A DNA stretch of 64,000 nt from an uncultured Gammaproteobacteria bacterium (GCA_963797555.1 CAWCPV010000003.1:256001-320000); one strand, 5' to 3'. Positions 22,306-34,745 are shown, counted from the first letter of the stretch. Notes: generated from the sequence alone by a model not told the origin. Made by a program: numbers and translations.

Positions 22306-23871
22306 ATGACCCAGTCTGCACTGATTCGCGCGCTCCAGCGGCCTGAGATGTTTCCCCATGCGGTGGAGTCGTTCAAGGTTCGGGAGACCCATATCTCATG
22401 GGTACTCCTGACCGGACCGTTCGCATACAAGATCAAGAAGCCGGTAGACCTGGGCTTCCTCGACTTCTCCACGCGGGCCAAGCGACGCTATTGCTGCGAG
22501 GAGGAGTTGCGACTCAACCAGCGCCTCTCTCCCCAGCTTTACGTGGAAGTAGTGCCCATCTGCGGCACCGTGGACCGTCCACGACTGGGCGGCCCAGGGG
22601 ACGCCATCGAATACGCCGTGAAAATGGTGGAGTTCTCCCAGGAGAACCAGCTCGACCGCGTGCTAGAGCGCGGCGCTCTGCGCTCCTTCCACATCGATGC
22701 CTTGGCGGATACCGTGGCGGAGTTCCACGCGCGCATCCCTTCGGCCACCGAAGATCAGATCTTCGGAGCTCCGGAGCGACTGTATGAGCCGGTGGAAGAG
22801 AACTTCCTCCAGATTCGGCCGACGCCGGACGAAACCGAGCTGGCTCAGCGACTGCAGGCGCTGGAGACCTGGAGCCTGCAACGCTTCCAGACGCTTCATG
22901 AGACCTTCATTGTGCGCCAGCGCGGGGGCTTCGTGCGCGAGTGTCACGGCGACATGCACCTCGGAAACATGGCACTGCTGGGCCAGGAGCTGGTGATCTT
23001 CGACTGCATCGAGTTCAGCGAAAACCTCCGCTGGATCAACGTCATGAGCGAGATCGCATTCCTGACCATGGATCTGGAGGACCGTGGATGCTCACCCTTC
23101 GCGTGGCGCTTCCTGAATCGCTATCTCGAAGCCACGGGCGACTACCAGGGCCTGCAGTTGCTGCGCTTCTACCAAGTCTATCGTGCCATGGTCCGCGCCA
23201 AGGTCGCCCACATCCGCATGCAGCAGGAGCCGCCCCCTAGTGCTGCTCGCGCGGCGTTGCGGCAGGACCGAGAGGGCTACGTGACCCTGGCGCATACCTA
23301 TACCCGGCCCGACCACCCTGTCCTGATTATCACTTATGGCCTGTCCGGGTCGGGCAAGACTACCGCTACGCAAAGGCTACTGGAGGCGTGGGGAGCCGTC
23401 CGGGTCCGTTCCGATGTCGAACGCAAGCGCCTGTTCGGCCTGTCCCCCCTGCAGCCTAGTCGCTCGGGGGTGGGCACTGGACTCTATACACGGGAGGCCA
23501 GCCAACGCACTTACGAACGTCTCGCGCAGCTTGCCCGCTGCGTCCTGGAAGCCGGCTTCTCTGCCATCGTGGACGCGACCTTCCTGGGGCACGCTCAGCG
23601 ACAGGCGTTCCGAGACCTCGCTCTATCTCTCGCCATCCCGTTCACGATACTTTCGTTCGAAGCGCCGGACGCCCTTCTGCAAGCGCGGGTAGCCGAACGT
23701 GCGCGCGGTGCCGCCGACGCCTCGGAGGCCGACTTGGCAGTGCTCGCCCAACAAGCGTGCTCACGGGAGCCGCTGACGGATAGCGAGCTCGCCCGTGCCC
23801 TACCGGTGCCTTCAGAGGCGGACTTGGACGTCGCAGCCGTTATCGCGCAATTGCAGCAGCCAAAAGACTGA
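22306..23871 (+). CDS. Bifunctional APH-like kinase / AAA_33 P-loop protein
   Basis: ETHISWV, ECHGDMHLGN, FDCIEF; GLSGSGKT, RSDVERK. Confidence 0.88.
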   Translation: MTQSALIRALQRPEMFPHAVESFKVRETHISWVLLTGPFAYKIKKPVDLGFLDFSTRAKRRYCCEEELRLNQRLSPQLYVEVVPICGTVDRPRLGGPGDAIEYAVKMVEFSQENQLDRVLERGALRSFHIDALADTVAEFHARIPSATEDQIFGAPERLYEPVEENFLQIRPTPDETELAQRLQALETWSLQRFQTLHETFIVRQRGGFVRECHGDMHLGNMALLGQELVIFDCIEFSENLRWINVMSEIAFLTMDLEDRGCSPFAWRFLNRYLEATGDYQGLQLLRFYQVYRAMVRAKVAHIRMQQEPPPSAARAALRQDREGYVTLAHTYTRPDHPVLIITYGLSGSGKTTATQRLLEAWGAVRVRSDVERKRLFGLSPLQPSRSGVGTGLYTREASQRTYERLAQLARCVLEAGFSAIVDATFLGHAQRQAFRDLALSLAIPFTILSFEAPDALLQARVAERARGAADASEADLAVLAQQACSREPLTDSELARALPVPSEADLDVAAVIAQLQQPKD

Positions 23872-23939
23872 GCGCTTTCTTGGCAGGCTCCGAGGCCCCA
23901 CCCTGAACGCGTGGTCTGTCTTGCAGACGGAAGCAGGCC

Positions 23940-24482
23940 GTGCTATGTCTTTCGCCCGGGCACACTGCTGTCGAGCCGAGGATGGGTGTCATGGCCGCGC
24001 CCGCCGGACCAGCAGCGAAACCTTCGCGACTTCCCTGCCTCATGCTGTGGTTGGTCGCCGGGGCGTTGCTCGCCGGTTGCGCCGGAACCCCGCCCCGTCC
24101 GTCCCGCCCGCCGGCAACGGCGGCCGTCGCGCTCGCAGCCCTCAGCATGCTGGGGACCCCGTACGTTTCCGGGGGCACAAGCCCAAGGGGCTTCGATTGC
24201 AGCGGCTTGGTCCAATACAGCTACGCCCAAGCGGGCATCCATGTCCCGCGCACCGCCAGGGGACAGTTCGAGAGCAGCGAGCCCGTACCTACGTCGGCCA
24301 TGCACGCGGGAGACGCCCTGTTCTTCCGCACCGGGTGGCTGCGTCGCTGGCACGTGGGGATCTATCTCGGCGACGGCCGGTTCGTCCATGCACCATCGAG
24401 ATCCGGTGCCGTTTCTATCGCGACCCTCGGGGACGCCTACTGGAATCGCCACTTCGTGCGCGCCGGCCGTTTCGCACCATGA
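23940..24482 (+). CDS. NlpC/P60 (C40) peptidase lipoprotein
   Basis: LAGC lipobox; GFDCSGL, HVGIYLG. Confidence 0.9.
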   Translation: MLCLSPGHTAVEPRMGVMAAPAGPAAKPSRLPCLMLWLVAGALLAGCAGTPPRPSRPPATAAVALAALSMLGTPYVSGGTSPRGFDCSGLVQYSYAQAGIHVPRTARGQFESSEPVPTSAMHAGDALFFRTGWLRRWHVGIYLGDGRFVHAPSRSGAVSIATLGDAYWNRHFVRAGRFAP

Positions 24483-24687
24483 GCGCCGGGGGCGGGCACC
24501 GGTTACGCCGGCCACCGGAAGCGCATCGTCCCTCTGGCTGTAGGCGATTCTGCATAGGACCTTGTCGCCTCAGCAGGTTTGGCTATAATCCAAAACCGGC
24601 CGTGGCCGCCGGTTGCGAACCCCGAACCAGCGGACCGCCGGTCCTGCGGCAACGCACCGGCTGGCAATACAGAGAGGCGAGGCGACA

Positions 24688-25173
24688 GTGAGCGATCAGA
24701 TCAAGCGCGGCATGGTACGGTCTACGCCGCTCGCCGTGGAGCTAACCGACGAGCAGTGCGAGGTGTTGGCAGGCATTATCGACAGCCGCACGCTGCAGGA
24801 TGGCGACATGCTGATCCGCGAGGGGAAGGTGGACAACAGCCTGCATGTCGTGGTCAAGGGGATGCTCGCAGTCGTCAAGGACACCGGCGGCGGCGACATG
24901 GTGACACTGCACATCCTCAAGGCCGGCGATCTGGCGGGCGAGCTGGGCTTCATGGACGGTATGGAACACTCCGCTAGCCTGCGCTCCATCGGAGAGACCG
25001 AGGTATTCAGCTTGGAGCGCGAGAGTTTTGAATCCCTGCTCGCCGAACACCCTGCACTGGTGTATCGGGTCATGCGGGCAATCATCCGTCAGGTGCATGC
25101 CATCGTTCGCCGCATGAACACGCAGTACGTGGAGCTGACCAACTACATCACGAAGCAACACGGACGTTACTGA
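24688..25173 (+). CDS. Cyclic-nucleotide-binding domain protein
   Basis: LIREG...GDLAGELGF...HSASLR. Confidence 0.85.
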   Translation: MSDQIKRGMVRSTPLAVELTDEQCEVLAGIIDSRTLQDGDMLIREGKVDNSLHVVVKGMLAVVKDTGGGDMVTLHILKAGDLAGELGFMDGMEHSASLRSIGETEVFSLERESFESLLAEHPALVYRVMRAIIRQVHAIVRRMNTQYVELTNYITKQHGRY

Positions 25174-25320
25174 GCCCGCTCACCCGAGGTTCGTTCCCTG
25201 CGGTTGCTGTCCCGGGCGCATGAGGTCATGCTGCGGCTCCCGCCGGGGCCGCCTGTGGCCGTGCGATGCGGGTACCCTTGGCCGAGCGCGCCGGCGACCG
25301 ATTCCAGAGGAGGTCGATGA

Positions 25321-25542
25321 ATGGCAACGGCACGGTTCCTGGTGGCCAACGTCAAGTGCCAGGGTTGCGTAAGCACGATCCGAGAGGGGCTGCGCAGCCT
25401 CGCCGGGGTGCAGGAGGTGCAGGTCGATGTCCCCACCGGAGAGGTCGTCGTCCGAGGCGACGAACTGTCGCCTACCCTGCTGGCAGCGAAACTGGATGAG
25501 CTGGGCTACCCGGTCGCCGGGGACGCATGGAGCCGCCGATGA
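25321..25542 (+). CDS. Heavy-metal-associated (CopZ-like) chaperone
   Basis: VKCQGC metal motif; GAGGAGG RBS. Confidence 0.85.
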   Translation: MATARFLVANVKCQGCVSTIREGLRSLAGVQEVQVDVPTGEVVVRGDELSPTLLAAKLDELGYPVAGDAWSRR

Positions 25543-26544
25543 GCCCCACCCTCGAGCATCACCTGCCTTCGGCCGACCCGACGCAGCTCAAGCGGCTCGG
25601 ACTGGCCGTCATCGAGACCGAATCCAGGGCGATCCAAGCGCTTGCAGCACGCATTGACGAAAACTTCGTCAAGGCCTGCGAGTACATCCTAGTCTGTCGG
25701 GGTCGCGTCGTCGTCATCGGTATGGGCAAGTCGGGTCACGTGGCCGGCAAGATAGCCGCGACGCTGGCCAGTACCGGGAGCCCTGCGTTCTTCGTCCATC
25801 CAGGGGAGGCGAGCCATGGCGATCTGGGCATGATCACCCCCCAGGACGTAGTCCTCGCACTGTCCAACTCGGGAGAAACGGAAGAGATTCTCACCATCCT
25901 TCCCCTGATCAAACGCCTCGGGGTACCCCTGGTCGCGCTCACCGGAAACATGCGCTCCACCTTGGCACAAGCGGCCACCGTGGCCATCGACGTGAGCGTG
26001 GAGCAAGAGGCCTGCCCACTCGGCCTCGCACCCACCTCGAGCACGACCGCGGCCATGGCCATGGGCGATGCGCTGGCCATATCCCTGCTCGAGGCGCGGG
26101 GCTTTACGGCGGAGGATTTCGCACGCTCCCACCCCCGCGGATCGCTCGGACGGCGGCTTCTGCTCCTCATCAGCGACATCATGCACGTGGGGGATGGTAT
26201 ACCCATGGTGGACGAGGGGGCGCGCTTGAGCGAGACGCTTGTGGAGATGACACGCAAGGGTTTGGGTATGACCGCCGTGGTGGACGCGCTGGGGCGCCTG
26301 ACCGGGATCTTTACCGACGGCGATCTGCGCCGCACGCTCGATCGGGGGCTCGAACGTCCACTCCACCGACATCGCCCACGTGATGACACGCCGGTGCAAG
26401 ACCTGTCCGCCCAATATGCTGGCCGCCGAGGCGCTGCAGATCATGGAGTCTTACAAGATCAACGCGCTGGTCGTGGTCGACCAGGACCGCCGACCGATCG
26501 GTGCGCTCAACATGCACGACCTGCTGAGGGCCGGGGTGGTCTAG
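25539..26544 (+). CDS. kdsD: Arabinose-5-phosphate isomerase (KpsF/GutQ) with CBS pair; frameshift near 26355
   Basis: GMGKSGH, HPGEASHGDLG, APTSSTT; ends GALNMHDLLRAGVV in the shifted frame. Confidence 0.92.
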
Positions 26545-26593
26545 ATCGACAGTGCGTCGAGCGCGCAGAGCGCTCCGTGCCGGGGACACCTGC

Positions 26594-28018
26594 CTAGCCG
26601 CGGCGCCAGACGGTGGTTCCATCCGGCCGGTCCTCCAAGACGACCCCCTGGGACTTCAGCTCCGCCCGGATGCGATCGGCCTCGGCCCAGTTCTTTCGCT
26701 CGCGCGCCGCTTCCCGCTCCTTGATCAACATTTCGATCTGGGCGGGGCCATACTGAAGCACGCGCGGCGGATGCGTGAGCGCGACGTTACTGAGTGCTAG
26801 CACTAGCCGCTCCTTGAGCCACGCCTCCGGGTCACTCTGCAACAGCCCCAACACACCACCGAGCTGGCGCAGCAGAGCCGCCAATTGCGGCACTTCCCCC
26901 GGACTCTCCTCCTTTGCCCGGTTCAAGGAGCGGCTCACCTCAAATAGCACGGCGAGCGCTTCCGGCGTGTTGAAATCGTCTTCCATCGCAGCGTGAAAGC
27001 GCTCCGCGAATTCGCCAGTCGCGGCAGCTTCACCCGCCGGGACACCTCGCAGCGCGAGATAAAGGCGGGTCAACGCTTGCCGTGCCTCTGTAAGCTGCTC
27101 AGCGGAATAGTTCAGCGGGCTGCGGTAGTGGCTGGACAGCAGAAAATAGCGCACGGCCTCCGGAGGATGGCTTTCCAGGACCTCCCTGAGGTTGAAGACG
27201 TTCCCGAGGGACTTGGACATCTTCTCCTCGTTGATGCGCACGAACCCCACATGCATCCAGTAGTTGACGAATTTGTCGCCGCTAGCCGCTTCGGACTGTG
27301 CAATCTCGTTCTCATGGTGGGGGAACTGCAGGTCTGCTCCGCCCCCATGAATGTCGAAATGCGAGCCCAGGCACTCCGTCGACATGGCGGAGCACTCGAT
27401 GTGCCAGCCCGGCCGACCCGCCCCCCAGGGCGAATCCCAGCTCGGCTCGCCGGGCTTTGCAGCCTTCCACAGGACGAAGTCGAGCGGATCGCGCTTGGCC
27501 TCGTTCACCTCCACCCTGGCGCCGGCCCGCAGGTCCTCCAAGCGCTTGCCCGACAGCTCGCCATAGCCCTGGAAGCGGTTGACGTCGTAATAAACGTCGC
27601 CGTTCTCGGCCTGGTAGGCATAGCCCTTTTCCATCAGCTCACCGACCATGGCGAGGATAGCGTCCATGGACTGCGTCGCCCGCGGCTCGTAGTCCGGCGG
27701 TAGCAAGCCGAGACGCTCAACGTCCTGGTGCATGGCCCGAATGAACCGCTCCGCGAGGGCTTTGAAATCCTCCCCGTTCTCGCGCGCCCGCTTGAGGATC
27801 TTGTCGTCGATGTCCGTAATGTTACGCACGTAAGTCACATCGTGGCCCTTCGCCCGCAGATAGCGGACCACCACGTCGAACACCACCATCACTCGGCCGT
27901 GTCCGAGGTGGCAGTAGTCATAGACGGTCATGCCGCACACGTACATGCGCACCCGCCCCGCTTGAATAGGCCGGAACGGCTCCTTGCGCCTGGTCAGGCT
28001 GTTGTAGACGCTAAGCAT
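26594..28018 (-). CDS. cysS: Cysteinyl-tRNA synthetase
   Basis: [26 protein letters not shown]. Confidence 0.97.
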   Translation of the reverse strand: MLSVYNSLTRRKEPFRPIQAGRVRMYVCGMTVYDYCHLGHGRVMVVFDVVVRYLRAKGHDVTYVRNITDIDDKILKRARENGEDFKALAERFIRAMHQDVERLGLLPPDYEPRATQSMDAILAMVGELMEKGYAYQAENGDVYYDVNRFQGYGELSGKRLEDLRAGARVEVNEAKRDPLDFVLWKAAKPGEPSWDSPWGAGRPGWHIECSAMSTECLGSHFDIHGGGADLQFPHHENEIAQSEAASGDKFVNYWMHVGFVRINEEKMSKSLGNVFNLREVLESHPPEAVRYFLLSSHYRSPLNYSAEQLTEARQALTRLYLALRGVPAGEAAATGEFAERFHAAMEDDFNTPEALAVLFEVSRSLNRAKEESPGEVPQLAALLRQLGGVLGLLQSDPEAWLKERLVLALSNVALTHPPRVLQYGPAQIEMLIKEREAARERKNWAEADRIRAELKSQGVVLEDRPDGTTVWRRG

Positions 28019-28074
28019 GCCTGTGGCCCCCCTGACGGCGGGGTGTTGTGGCCGATGCCGTGGCGCAGCCAAAT

Positions 28075-29490
28075 CTAGCCTCCGCGGGCGGCACGCTGCA
28101 GCCGCTGCAACGCCCGTTCTCGGCCCATGAGGGGCAGCAGACGCGCCAGCTCGGGCCCTTCGACCTCCCCGGTGAGCGCCGCCCGCAGCGGCTGAAATAG
28201 GGCGCGTCCGTGGGCGCCGGTGACCTCCTTCAAGCGCCGAACCAGTGCCTCGAGGTCGGCGTCCTCACGCCGCACCTGTTGCAAGGCCGCCTCGAAAAAG
28301 CTGGCGCCCGCGCTTCCAATGACCATGCGCGCCCGCTCATCCAGCGCCAAGGGATCGCTGAACAGGATGCGCGCCCACCTGATCGCGTCGCGCCGCGACA
28401 TGACGTTCTCGCGTATCGCCTCGGCGAAGGCGGGCACGGCGTCTTGTGGAACCAATGCCGCCACCTCGCCGCCCAGCCACGCCCGGAACGCCTCCGAACT
28501 CAGCCCGGTCAGCCCCCGAGCCTGCCACGCGTTCAACTGGGGTGCGTCGAAACGCGCCGGGGCGCGCCCCAGCCTATCGAGCGAGAAGCCGGCAGCCAGC
28601 GTGTCGAGATCCATCCATGCCGGCTCGTCGTATGAATGCCCCAGCCGGGCTAGGTAGTTGAGCACCGCCCCCGGCAGGTATCCCTCATCGCGCAACTGCC
28701 GCACGCTCACGCTCCCCTGCCTCTTGGCCAGCGGCAGCGCGTCGGCCCCCACAATCAGGGGCACGTGCCCGTAGCTCGGCGCGGAGAGGCCGAGCGCGCC
28801 CAGCACCAGGATCTGTCGTGGCGTGTTGCTGAGGTGGTCCTCGCCCCGCAGCACGTGGGTGATACCCATCAGCGCATCGTCCACGGCATTGCTGAATAAG
28901 AAGCCCGCCGACCCGTCGGCGCGACGGACCACGAAGTCTCCGATGTCCGCTCTGCCGAATCGTTGGCGACCGCGCACCAGATCGTCGAAGTCCACCCATC
29001 CCGAGGACCCCACGCGAAAGCGCCAGGCCGGACGCTCCCCCAGCGCCAGCCTGCGAGATACCTCCTCCCGCGACAGCAGGGCGCAGGTGCCCGGATACCT
29101 GGGGGGTAGACCGGCCGCGTGCTGGGCAGAGCGCGCCCGCGCCAGCTCCTCCTGGCTGCAGAAGCAGGCATAAACGGCCTCTGTCCGCTCCAGCGCTCGG
29201 AAATAGCGCTCATACACTTCCCCGCGTTCCGACTGCAGGTAGGGCCCGTAAGCACCGGCCGTGTCGGGCCCTTCGTCCCAGGGGAGACCGAGCCACCGGA
29301 GGTCCTCCTCCAACGCTTGGATGTATTCGCCGCGGCTGCGGGCGGCGTCGGTGTCCTCGATGCGTAGCAAGAAGACGCCATGACAATGGCGGGCCCACAG
29401 AGCGTTGAACAGCGCCGTGCGCGCGTTGCCGAGGTGTAACAGCCCGCTGGGGCTGGGGGCGAACCGCGTGCGGACACTCGTGAGCTGCAT
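28075..29490 (-). CDS. gltX: Glutamyl-tRNA synthetase paralog (GluRS2-like)
   Basis: [28 protein letters not shown]; full length with anticodon-binding domain. Confidence 0.9.
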   Translation of the reverse strand: MQLTSVRTRFAPSPSGLLHLGNARTALFNALWARHCHGVFLLRIEDTDAARSRGEYIQALEEDLRWLGLPWDEGPDTAGAYGPYLQSERGEVYERYFRALERTEAVYACFCSQEELARARSAQHAAGLPPRYPGTCALLSREEVSRRLALGERPAWRFRVGSSGWVDFDDLVRGRQRFGRADIGDFVVRRADGSAGFLFSNAVDDALMGITHVLRGEDHLSNTPRQILVLGALGLSAPSYGHVPLIVGADALPLAKRQGSVSVRQLRDEGYLPGAVLNYLARLGHSYDEPAWMDLDTLAAGFSLDRLGRAPARFDAPQLNAWQARGLTGLSSEAFRAWLGGEVAALVPQDAVPAFAEAIRENVMSRRDAIRWARILFSDPLALDERARMVIGSAGASFFEAALQQVRREDADLEALVRRLKEVTGAHGRALFQPLRAALTGEVEGPELARLLPLMGRERALQRLQRAARGG

Positions 29491-29596
29491 CGGCGTATGG
29501 TAGCGGAAAGGCCTGCGGCCGACCAAACACGAGGGTTTCGCCGCGGCGCCGAAGCCTTTAACATGTCCATTGCGCCATTATCCGCGAGCCTCCCCT

Positions 29597-30175
29597 ATGA
29601 ACAAGATGCTGCTACCGGTCCTTCTCTGCGCCTTCGCCGCCCCTTCCGCGGGAGACCAACCCGCCGAGCATCCGCGCGTGCGCCTCAAGACCAGCATGGG
29701 AAACATCGTGGTTGAGCTAGACCGAACCGAGGCGCCCGCAACCGTGGCGAATTTCCTGCGTTACGTCAATGAGGGGTTTTACGACGGCACCCTGTTCCAT
29801 CGGGTGATCGGGGGATTCATGATCCAGGGTGGCGGGCTGACGCCCGATCTGCACCGCAAGGCCACGCACCCTCCTATCAAGAACGAGGCGGACAATGGGC
29901 TCAAGAACGGGATCGGCACCATCGCCATGGCCCGGACAGGGGATCCCGATTCCGCAACCTCCCAGTTCTTCATCAATGTCGCAGACAACGCTCGCCTTGA
30001 CTACCGGTCCCCGGATCCCCAGGGCTGGGGCTACTGCGTGTTCGGTAAGGTGGTCGAGGGCATGGACGTGGTCACGGCCATCAGCAAAGTGCCCACCACC
30101 GGCCGCGCCGGCTACCGCGATGTCCCCGAGAGCGATGTGGTCATCGAGCACGCCGAGGTGATCGCGCCCGAGTGA
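29597..30175 (+). CDS. Cyclophilin-type peptidyl-prolyl isomerase with signal peptide
   Basis: [25 protein letters not shown]. Confidence 0.93.
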   Translation: MNKMLLPVLLCAFAAPSAGDQPAEHPRVRLKTSMGNIVVELDRTEAPATVANFLRYVNEGFYDGTLFHRVIGGFMIQGGGLTPDLHRKATHPPIKNEADNGLKNGIGTIAMARTGDPDSATSQFFINVADNARLDYRSPDPQGWGYCVFGKVVEGMDVVTAISKVPTTGRAGYRDVPESDVVIEHAEVIAPE

Positions 30176-30936
30176 AGACCTATTTCATCTCCGACCTGCA
30201 CCTAGGCGACCAGCAGCCTCGGCTGACGGGGCTCTTCGCGGACTTCCTGCAACGCGGCCTGCAGCGAGCCGAGTCCCTGTACATTCTCGGCGATCTGTTC
30301 GAAGTGTGGGCCGGAGACGACGACCTCACCTCGCTGCACCAGTCGATCATCGACAGGCTACGAGCCCTGACTGAGCGTGGGGTTCCGGTCTACCTCCTGC
30401 ACGGGAACCGGGATTTCTTGCTAGGCAGCGCTTTCGAGAAGCTTGCCGGTGCGCGTATCCTGTCCGAACCGACCACCGTAGACCTTTACGGACAGACCAC
30501 GCTCCTCCTGCACGGGGACACCTTGTGCGTCGACGACACCGAGTACCAACAGTTCCGCACCCGGGTGCGTGACCACGAGTGGCAACGTCGTTTTCTCGCC
30601 CTGCCCTTGGAGCAGCGCAGACAGATCGCCCATCAGGCACGCGAGCAGAGCAGCCTGCGTACGGGAGGCGTAGCCGCCGAGATCATGGACGTCAACCCCG
30701 GTGAAGTGCGCTCCGTGATGCGGCAACACGGCGTATGGTCTCTGATCCACGGCCACACGCACCGACCGGGCATCCACTACTTTGCGCTGGACGGCCACGC
30801 GGCGCGACGTATCGTGCTCGGCGACTGGAGCGACCGGGGGAGCGTGCTGGTCTGCGACAGCACTCACTGGCAGCTCGTCGGTTGGCCTACCAGCGGTTCC
30901 TGGGTGACGGAGGACCACACGCCCATGCGGTCCTGA
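30172..30936 (+). CDS. lpxH: UDP-2,3-diacylglucosamine hydrolase
   Basis: SDLHL, GDLFE, GNRD, HGD, HGHTH, LGDW. Confidence 0.94.
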   Translation: MKTYFISDLHLGDQQPRLTGLFADFLQRGLQRAESLYILGDLFEVWAGDDDLTSLHQSIIDRLRALTERGVPVYLLHGNRDFLLGSAFEKLAGARILSEPTTVDLYGQTTLLLHGDTLCVDDTEYQQFRTRVRDHEWQRRFLALPLEQRRQIAHQAREQSSLRTGGVAAEIMDVNPGEVRSVMRQHGVWSLIHGHTHRPGIHYFALDGHAARRIVLGDWSDRGSVLVCDSTHWQLVGWPTSGSWVTEDHTPMRS

Positions 30937-31039
30937 GGGCCGCCCAGTCCTGTCGCTCCGGAGGTCGTCCTTGATTCTCACCGCCACGTCCCTACCCGCG
31001 TCCTAGCCCACATCGCCTGGCCAAGAAGTCGCGCCAACC

Positions 31040-32122
31040 GTGCGCTTCGACCTCTTCTACGAGCTGTCGGTCCCGGCCTTCGGAGGACGCGATGAGTCGC
31101 AGGTGTTGCACGACACGCTCGATGAGCTGGAGCTCGCGGACCGCCTGGGCTTTCAAACCGCATGGGTCGTAGAGCACCACTTCATGCGCGAGTACTCCCA
31201 CAGCTCCGCGCCCGACATCTTCCTGGCCGCAGCCGCGGCCCGCACGACCCGGCTGCGGCTGGGTCACGGCATCATCCCGCTGCCTTACCACCACCCGGTG
31301 CACGTCGCCGAGCGCCTGGCCACTCTGGACATTCTGTCCCGAGGACGCGTCGAGTTCGGGTTCGGGCGCGGCTTCTCGCCGCTGGAGTATCAGACCTTCG
31401 GGGTTGCGATGGCCGACAGCCGCGCGCTCACTGAGGAGTCGTTGGAGGTCATACGCAGGACGTTCGCCGGTGGTCCTGTCAGCTTCCACGGCCGGCGTTT
31501 TCACATAGAAAGACTGGACGTTCTTCCCAGGATCGTCCAGCGGCCCCATCCTCCCATCTGGATCGCCGCGGTCAGCCCGGAGAGCTTCGAGCTCGCAGCA
31601 CGGCTCGGCGTCGGGGTGTTGGTCGGCCCGTTCAAGCCCTGGTTCATGGTCAAGGAGGATATCAGGCACTACCGCGAGGCGTGGCGCCGCCACCATGGCG
31701 AAGGCGCACCCACACCGTTTCAAAACGCCCGCGTTGGGATGACTTTGGGCGTGTTCTGTCTCGAGGACGGGCGGCGTGCACGCGCGCTCGCGGGAGAAGG
31801 CATAGTGTGGTTTTACCGCAAACTGCTGGAGCAGACGTTGCCGGTATTGAAGCGCCTCTGCGAAAGCTATGAGTATTACCGCAAGCTGGGCCGCCTGAGC
31901 GGACTGCTCACCCCGGCGGTCAACCTGACCGTGCTGGAAAGACTGGGCATGGTGGTGGTGGGGGACCCCGCGCACTGCGTCAAACGGCTCCGAGCCCTAC
32001 AGGCGCAGGGTGTAGACCATCTGCTCTGTGCCCTTGGCGCCGGCGCGCTTCCCACAGACCTGGTACGCGCAGCCATGAGGACTATCGCAGAGCAGGTCAT
32101 GCCGCGGTTCCAGCAAGATTGA
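31040..32122 (+). CDS. LLM-class (luciferase-like) flavin-dependent oxidoreductase
   Basis: WVVEHHF, HPVHVAERLATLDILSRGR. Confidence 0.9.
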   Translation: MRFDLFYELSVPAFGGRDESQVLHDTLDELELADRLGFQTAWVVEHHFMREYSHSSAPDIFLAAAAARTTRLRLGHGIIPLPYHHPVHVAERLATLDILSRGRVEFGFGRGFSPLEYQTFGVAMADSRALTEESLEVIRRTFAGGPVSFHGRRFHIERLDVLPRIVQRPHPPIWIAAVSPESFELAARLGVGVLVGPFKPWFMVKEDIRHYREAWRRHHGEGAPTPFQNARVGMTLGVFCLEDGRRARALAGEGIVWFYRKLLEQTLPVLKRLCESYEYYRKLGRLSGLLTPAVNLTVLERLGMVVVGDPAHCVKRLRALQAQGVDHLLCALGAGALPTDLVRAAMRTIAEQVMPRFQQD

Positions 32123-32476
32123 GAGCTTGTGAGAAATCGCCGCGAGCGGCCCGAGAGCAAGGCGCACGCAGCGCAGCGACGAGACATATCCAGTCGATGG
32201 GCGACGAGCGACCGAATGAGGATAGCCATTTCGGCACGTCCGGGGGACGCCCCGAAGGGGTGGCGTACAGGGAGGTACGCCATGACCGCCGCTCAACGCC
32301 GCTATCCGGACGCACAGCAGATTGATTCACAGGCTCTCTGCTTTCCATGCCGCAACGGCCCAAGGGTCGGGCCGTCCGTCTCTCGGGCTGAAGCTGATAT
32401 CATGAGTTCTTGTCCCGACGAGGCATCGCGTCAGCGTGCGGGCGCGCGCCCCTCGCGGCGTCGGGAGCGCAACGAT

Positions 32477-32893
32477 ATGCGGCCCTGGAAGACAACACGC
32501 CTGAAACCCGATGTCATGGGGAGCGTCCTTCAGCTCTACGACTCACGGGTCGGTGCCATCCATGTCGACAGCTTCGCGGTGAGGGTCCGGTTCTCCTTCG
32601 CGTACATCGCCCGCTCCGCGCAACGCCGCCGGAGCGGCGGGGGTCTCTGGGCCCAGGAGGCGGAGATGATTTTCCCCGGCGGTGCCGTGGGGATGCCGCT
32701 GCCGCCGCTGCCCAATACCATAGCGGACGGATTCGTCGAGGTGGGCGGCGTCCAGCACGATACTATCCGCCTTCCATTCAAATGCAGGGGCCGGGGTTCG
32801 CTGTGGCTGAAATTCGTCGATGCCTCCACGCTGAGCGTGAGCGGACTCGCACCCGGCATCGAGCTTTTGGGCAACGCCGTACGCATCGAATAG
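32477..32893 (+). CDS. Hypothetical protein (start uncertain)
   Basis: Open frame with protein-like composition; no motif recognised. Confidence 0.4.
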   Translation: MRPWKTTRLKPDVMGSVLQLYDSRVGAIHVDSFAVRVRFSFAYIARSAQRRRSGGGLWAQEAEMIFPGGAVGMPLPPLPNTIADGFVEVGGVQHDTIRLPFKCRGRGSLWLKFVDASTLSVSGLAPGIELLGNAVRIE

Positions 32894-33108
32894 GCGGCGG
32901 AGAGTCCGGCATCGTCGGCAACGGCTTCATCTCGCCGATCGGCGACCAGGCACGGGAGCATCACAGGATCGCCGTGTTCTGACGGCCCGCACCCACCGTA
33001 TATGGGGCACCCCTCCCAGAATGCGCATATCCGGCGCGCGGCGCGGCTCAGGGTCTACACCCAGCCGGCTGGACAAATGGCATCCGGAGCGCGTATACGA
33101 GCCCGGAG

Positions 33109-34045
33109 ATGAGGGTCCTGGTCACCGGCAGCGCGTCTCGACTGGCAAGGGTACTGCTGCCGCTGCTGTGCGCCGAGGAGCGCATCAGCCATATCATCGG
33201 CGTGGATCTTCGAGCCAGCGGCTTCGTCCACCGACGGTTCTCGGAGCATCATCTCGAACGTCCGTGCGTCCGTGCTGCACCGGCTCTTCACCGGGGTCGA
33301 TGCGCTTATCCACATGGCCTTCATCGTCATGCGTGGGGAGCTGGGTAGGCACCGGCGGGATCGCTTGTTGATGCACAGCATCAACGTGAACGGCAGTATC
33401 AACGTGTTCCGTGCCGCCATGGCGGAGGCCGTGCCGCACGTGATTCACGTCTCCAGCGCAGCGGTCTACGGAGCCTGGCCGGACAACCCGACGCATCTGG
33501 ATGAAGCACGCCCGCTGCGCGCGATGAGCGGCTTCGCCTATGCCGAAGACAAGGTCACCGTAGAAGCGTGGCTCGACCAGTACCAGCAGGCGGCGGGGGC
33601 CCCCCGGGTGACGCGCCTGCGCCCCCACGCCATCCTCGGCCCCCATTGCCAGCCCTTGCTCAGATTCCTGCTCCGTCAGCCCTTCTATCCACGCCTACCA
33701 GACCCGCAGCCCGTGACCCAATGCGTCTGGGAGGACGACGTCGCGCGCGCCATTGTCCAGGGACTCTTCAGTAATGCGAGCGGCAGCTTCAACTTAGCCG
33801 CGGAACCGGCCATGTCGTTCCGTGCGATGCAGCAGTTCCGACACCGGCGCGCCTTTCCCCTACCCTTCCCCTTGGTACGGGCGCTCCAGCGCGCCCTGTG
33901 GCATGTCGCCGGCGTCGGCGGTGAGCCGGGCTGGCTGCAGGCTCTGCCGCATTCTTTGGCCCTCGATTGCCGGCGGGCTCACCAGTATCTCGGCTGGCGG
34001 CCTCAAGCCTCCGTCTACGACTGTCTGCGGCAGCTCCCGCGCTGA
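33109..34045 (+). CDS. NAD-dependent epimerase/dehydratase; frameshift near 33260
   Basis: MRVLVTGSAS, SSAAVYG, YAEDK. Confidence 0.85.
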
Positions 34046-34059
34046 TCCGCGTCCTCTAG

Positions 34060-34711
34060 CCAACCAAGGGAGACCCCCCGGCTTTGCCGGGGTGGCAGTA
34101 GGGGTTTGACATTTTAGGGAGTCCATTGAGGAGACTCCGAATCGTGAGCCGCCAAGCACACGAAACGGAGAACCGCGATGGACGAGTATGAGAGCCTAAG
34201 CCACACGAAGTGGGAGTGCAAATACCATGTGGTATTCATTCCCAAGTGTCGCAGGAGAACGCTGTACGAGCAGCTGAGGCAGCACCTGGGGGAAGTGTTC
34301 CGCAGGTTGGCTGCGCAGAAGGAGAGTCGCATTGAGGAAGGGCACCTGATGCCCGATCACGTGCACATGCTGATCGCGATCCCGCCGAAGCACGCGGTGT
34401 CGCAGGTGATCGGATACCTCAAGGGTAAGAGTGCGATCCACTTAGCGCTACTTAGCGCGGGTGTAGGGTGAGCGAAAGCGCAACGTTGTCGGGCAGTTAC
34501 TTCTGGGCCAGGGGGTACTAGGAAGCCGTGATCCGGGAATACATCCGACACCAAGAGGAAAAGGACAAGCGCCTCGACCAGATGAACCTTTGGCGCTGAC
34601 CGGCCACCGTTACGGTGGCCTATGAACGTCGGGGCCGCGTGAGCGACCCCGGTTAGCTGCTTTGAGCGGCTCACATATCGAAAGCCCCCGGCTTTGCCGG
34701 GGGATTGTTAC
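34060..34711 (+). mobile_element. tnpA: IS200/IS605-family element (tnpA only), degenerate
   Basis: tnpA from 34178 (YHVVFIPK, DHVH HUH motif), broken by a short duplication (acttagcgc x2) and loss of the VSTVG segment; hairpin cccggctttgccggg at both ends. Confidence 0.9.
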
Positions 34712-34745
34712 TCGGGAGGGCTCTCGCGGCGATGCTTGCCAGGCC

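Noticed and set aside
22306-23871. Aminoglycoside resistance gene
   Set aside because: Widespread APH-fold/AAA_33 fusion with no established resistance role.
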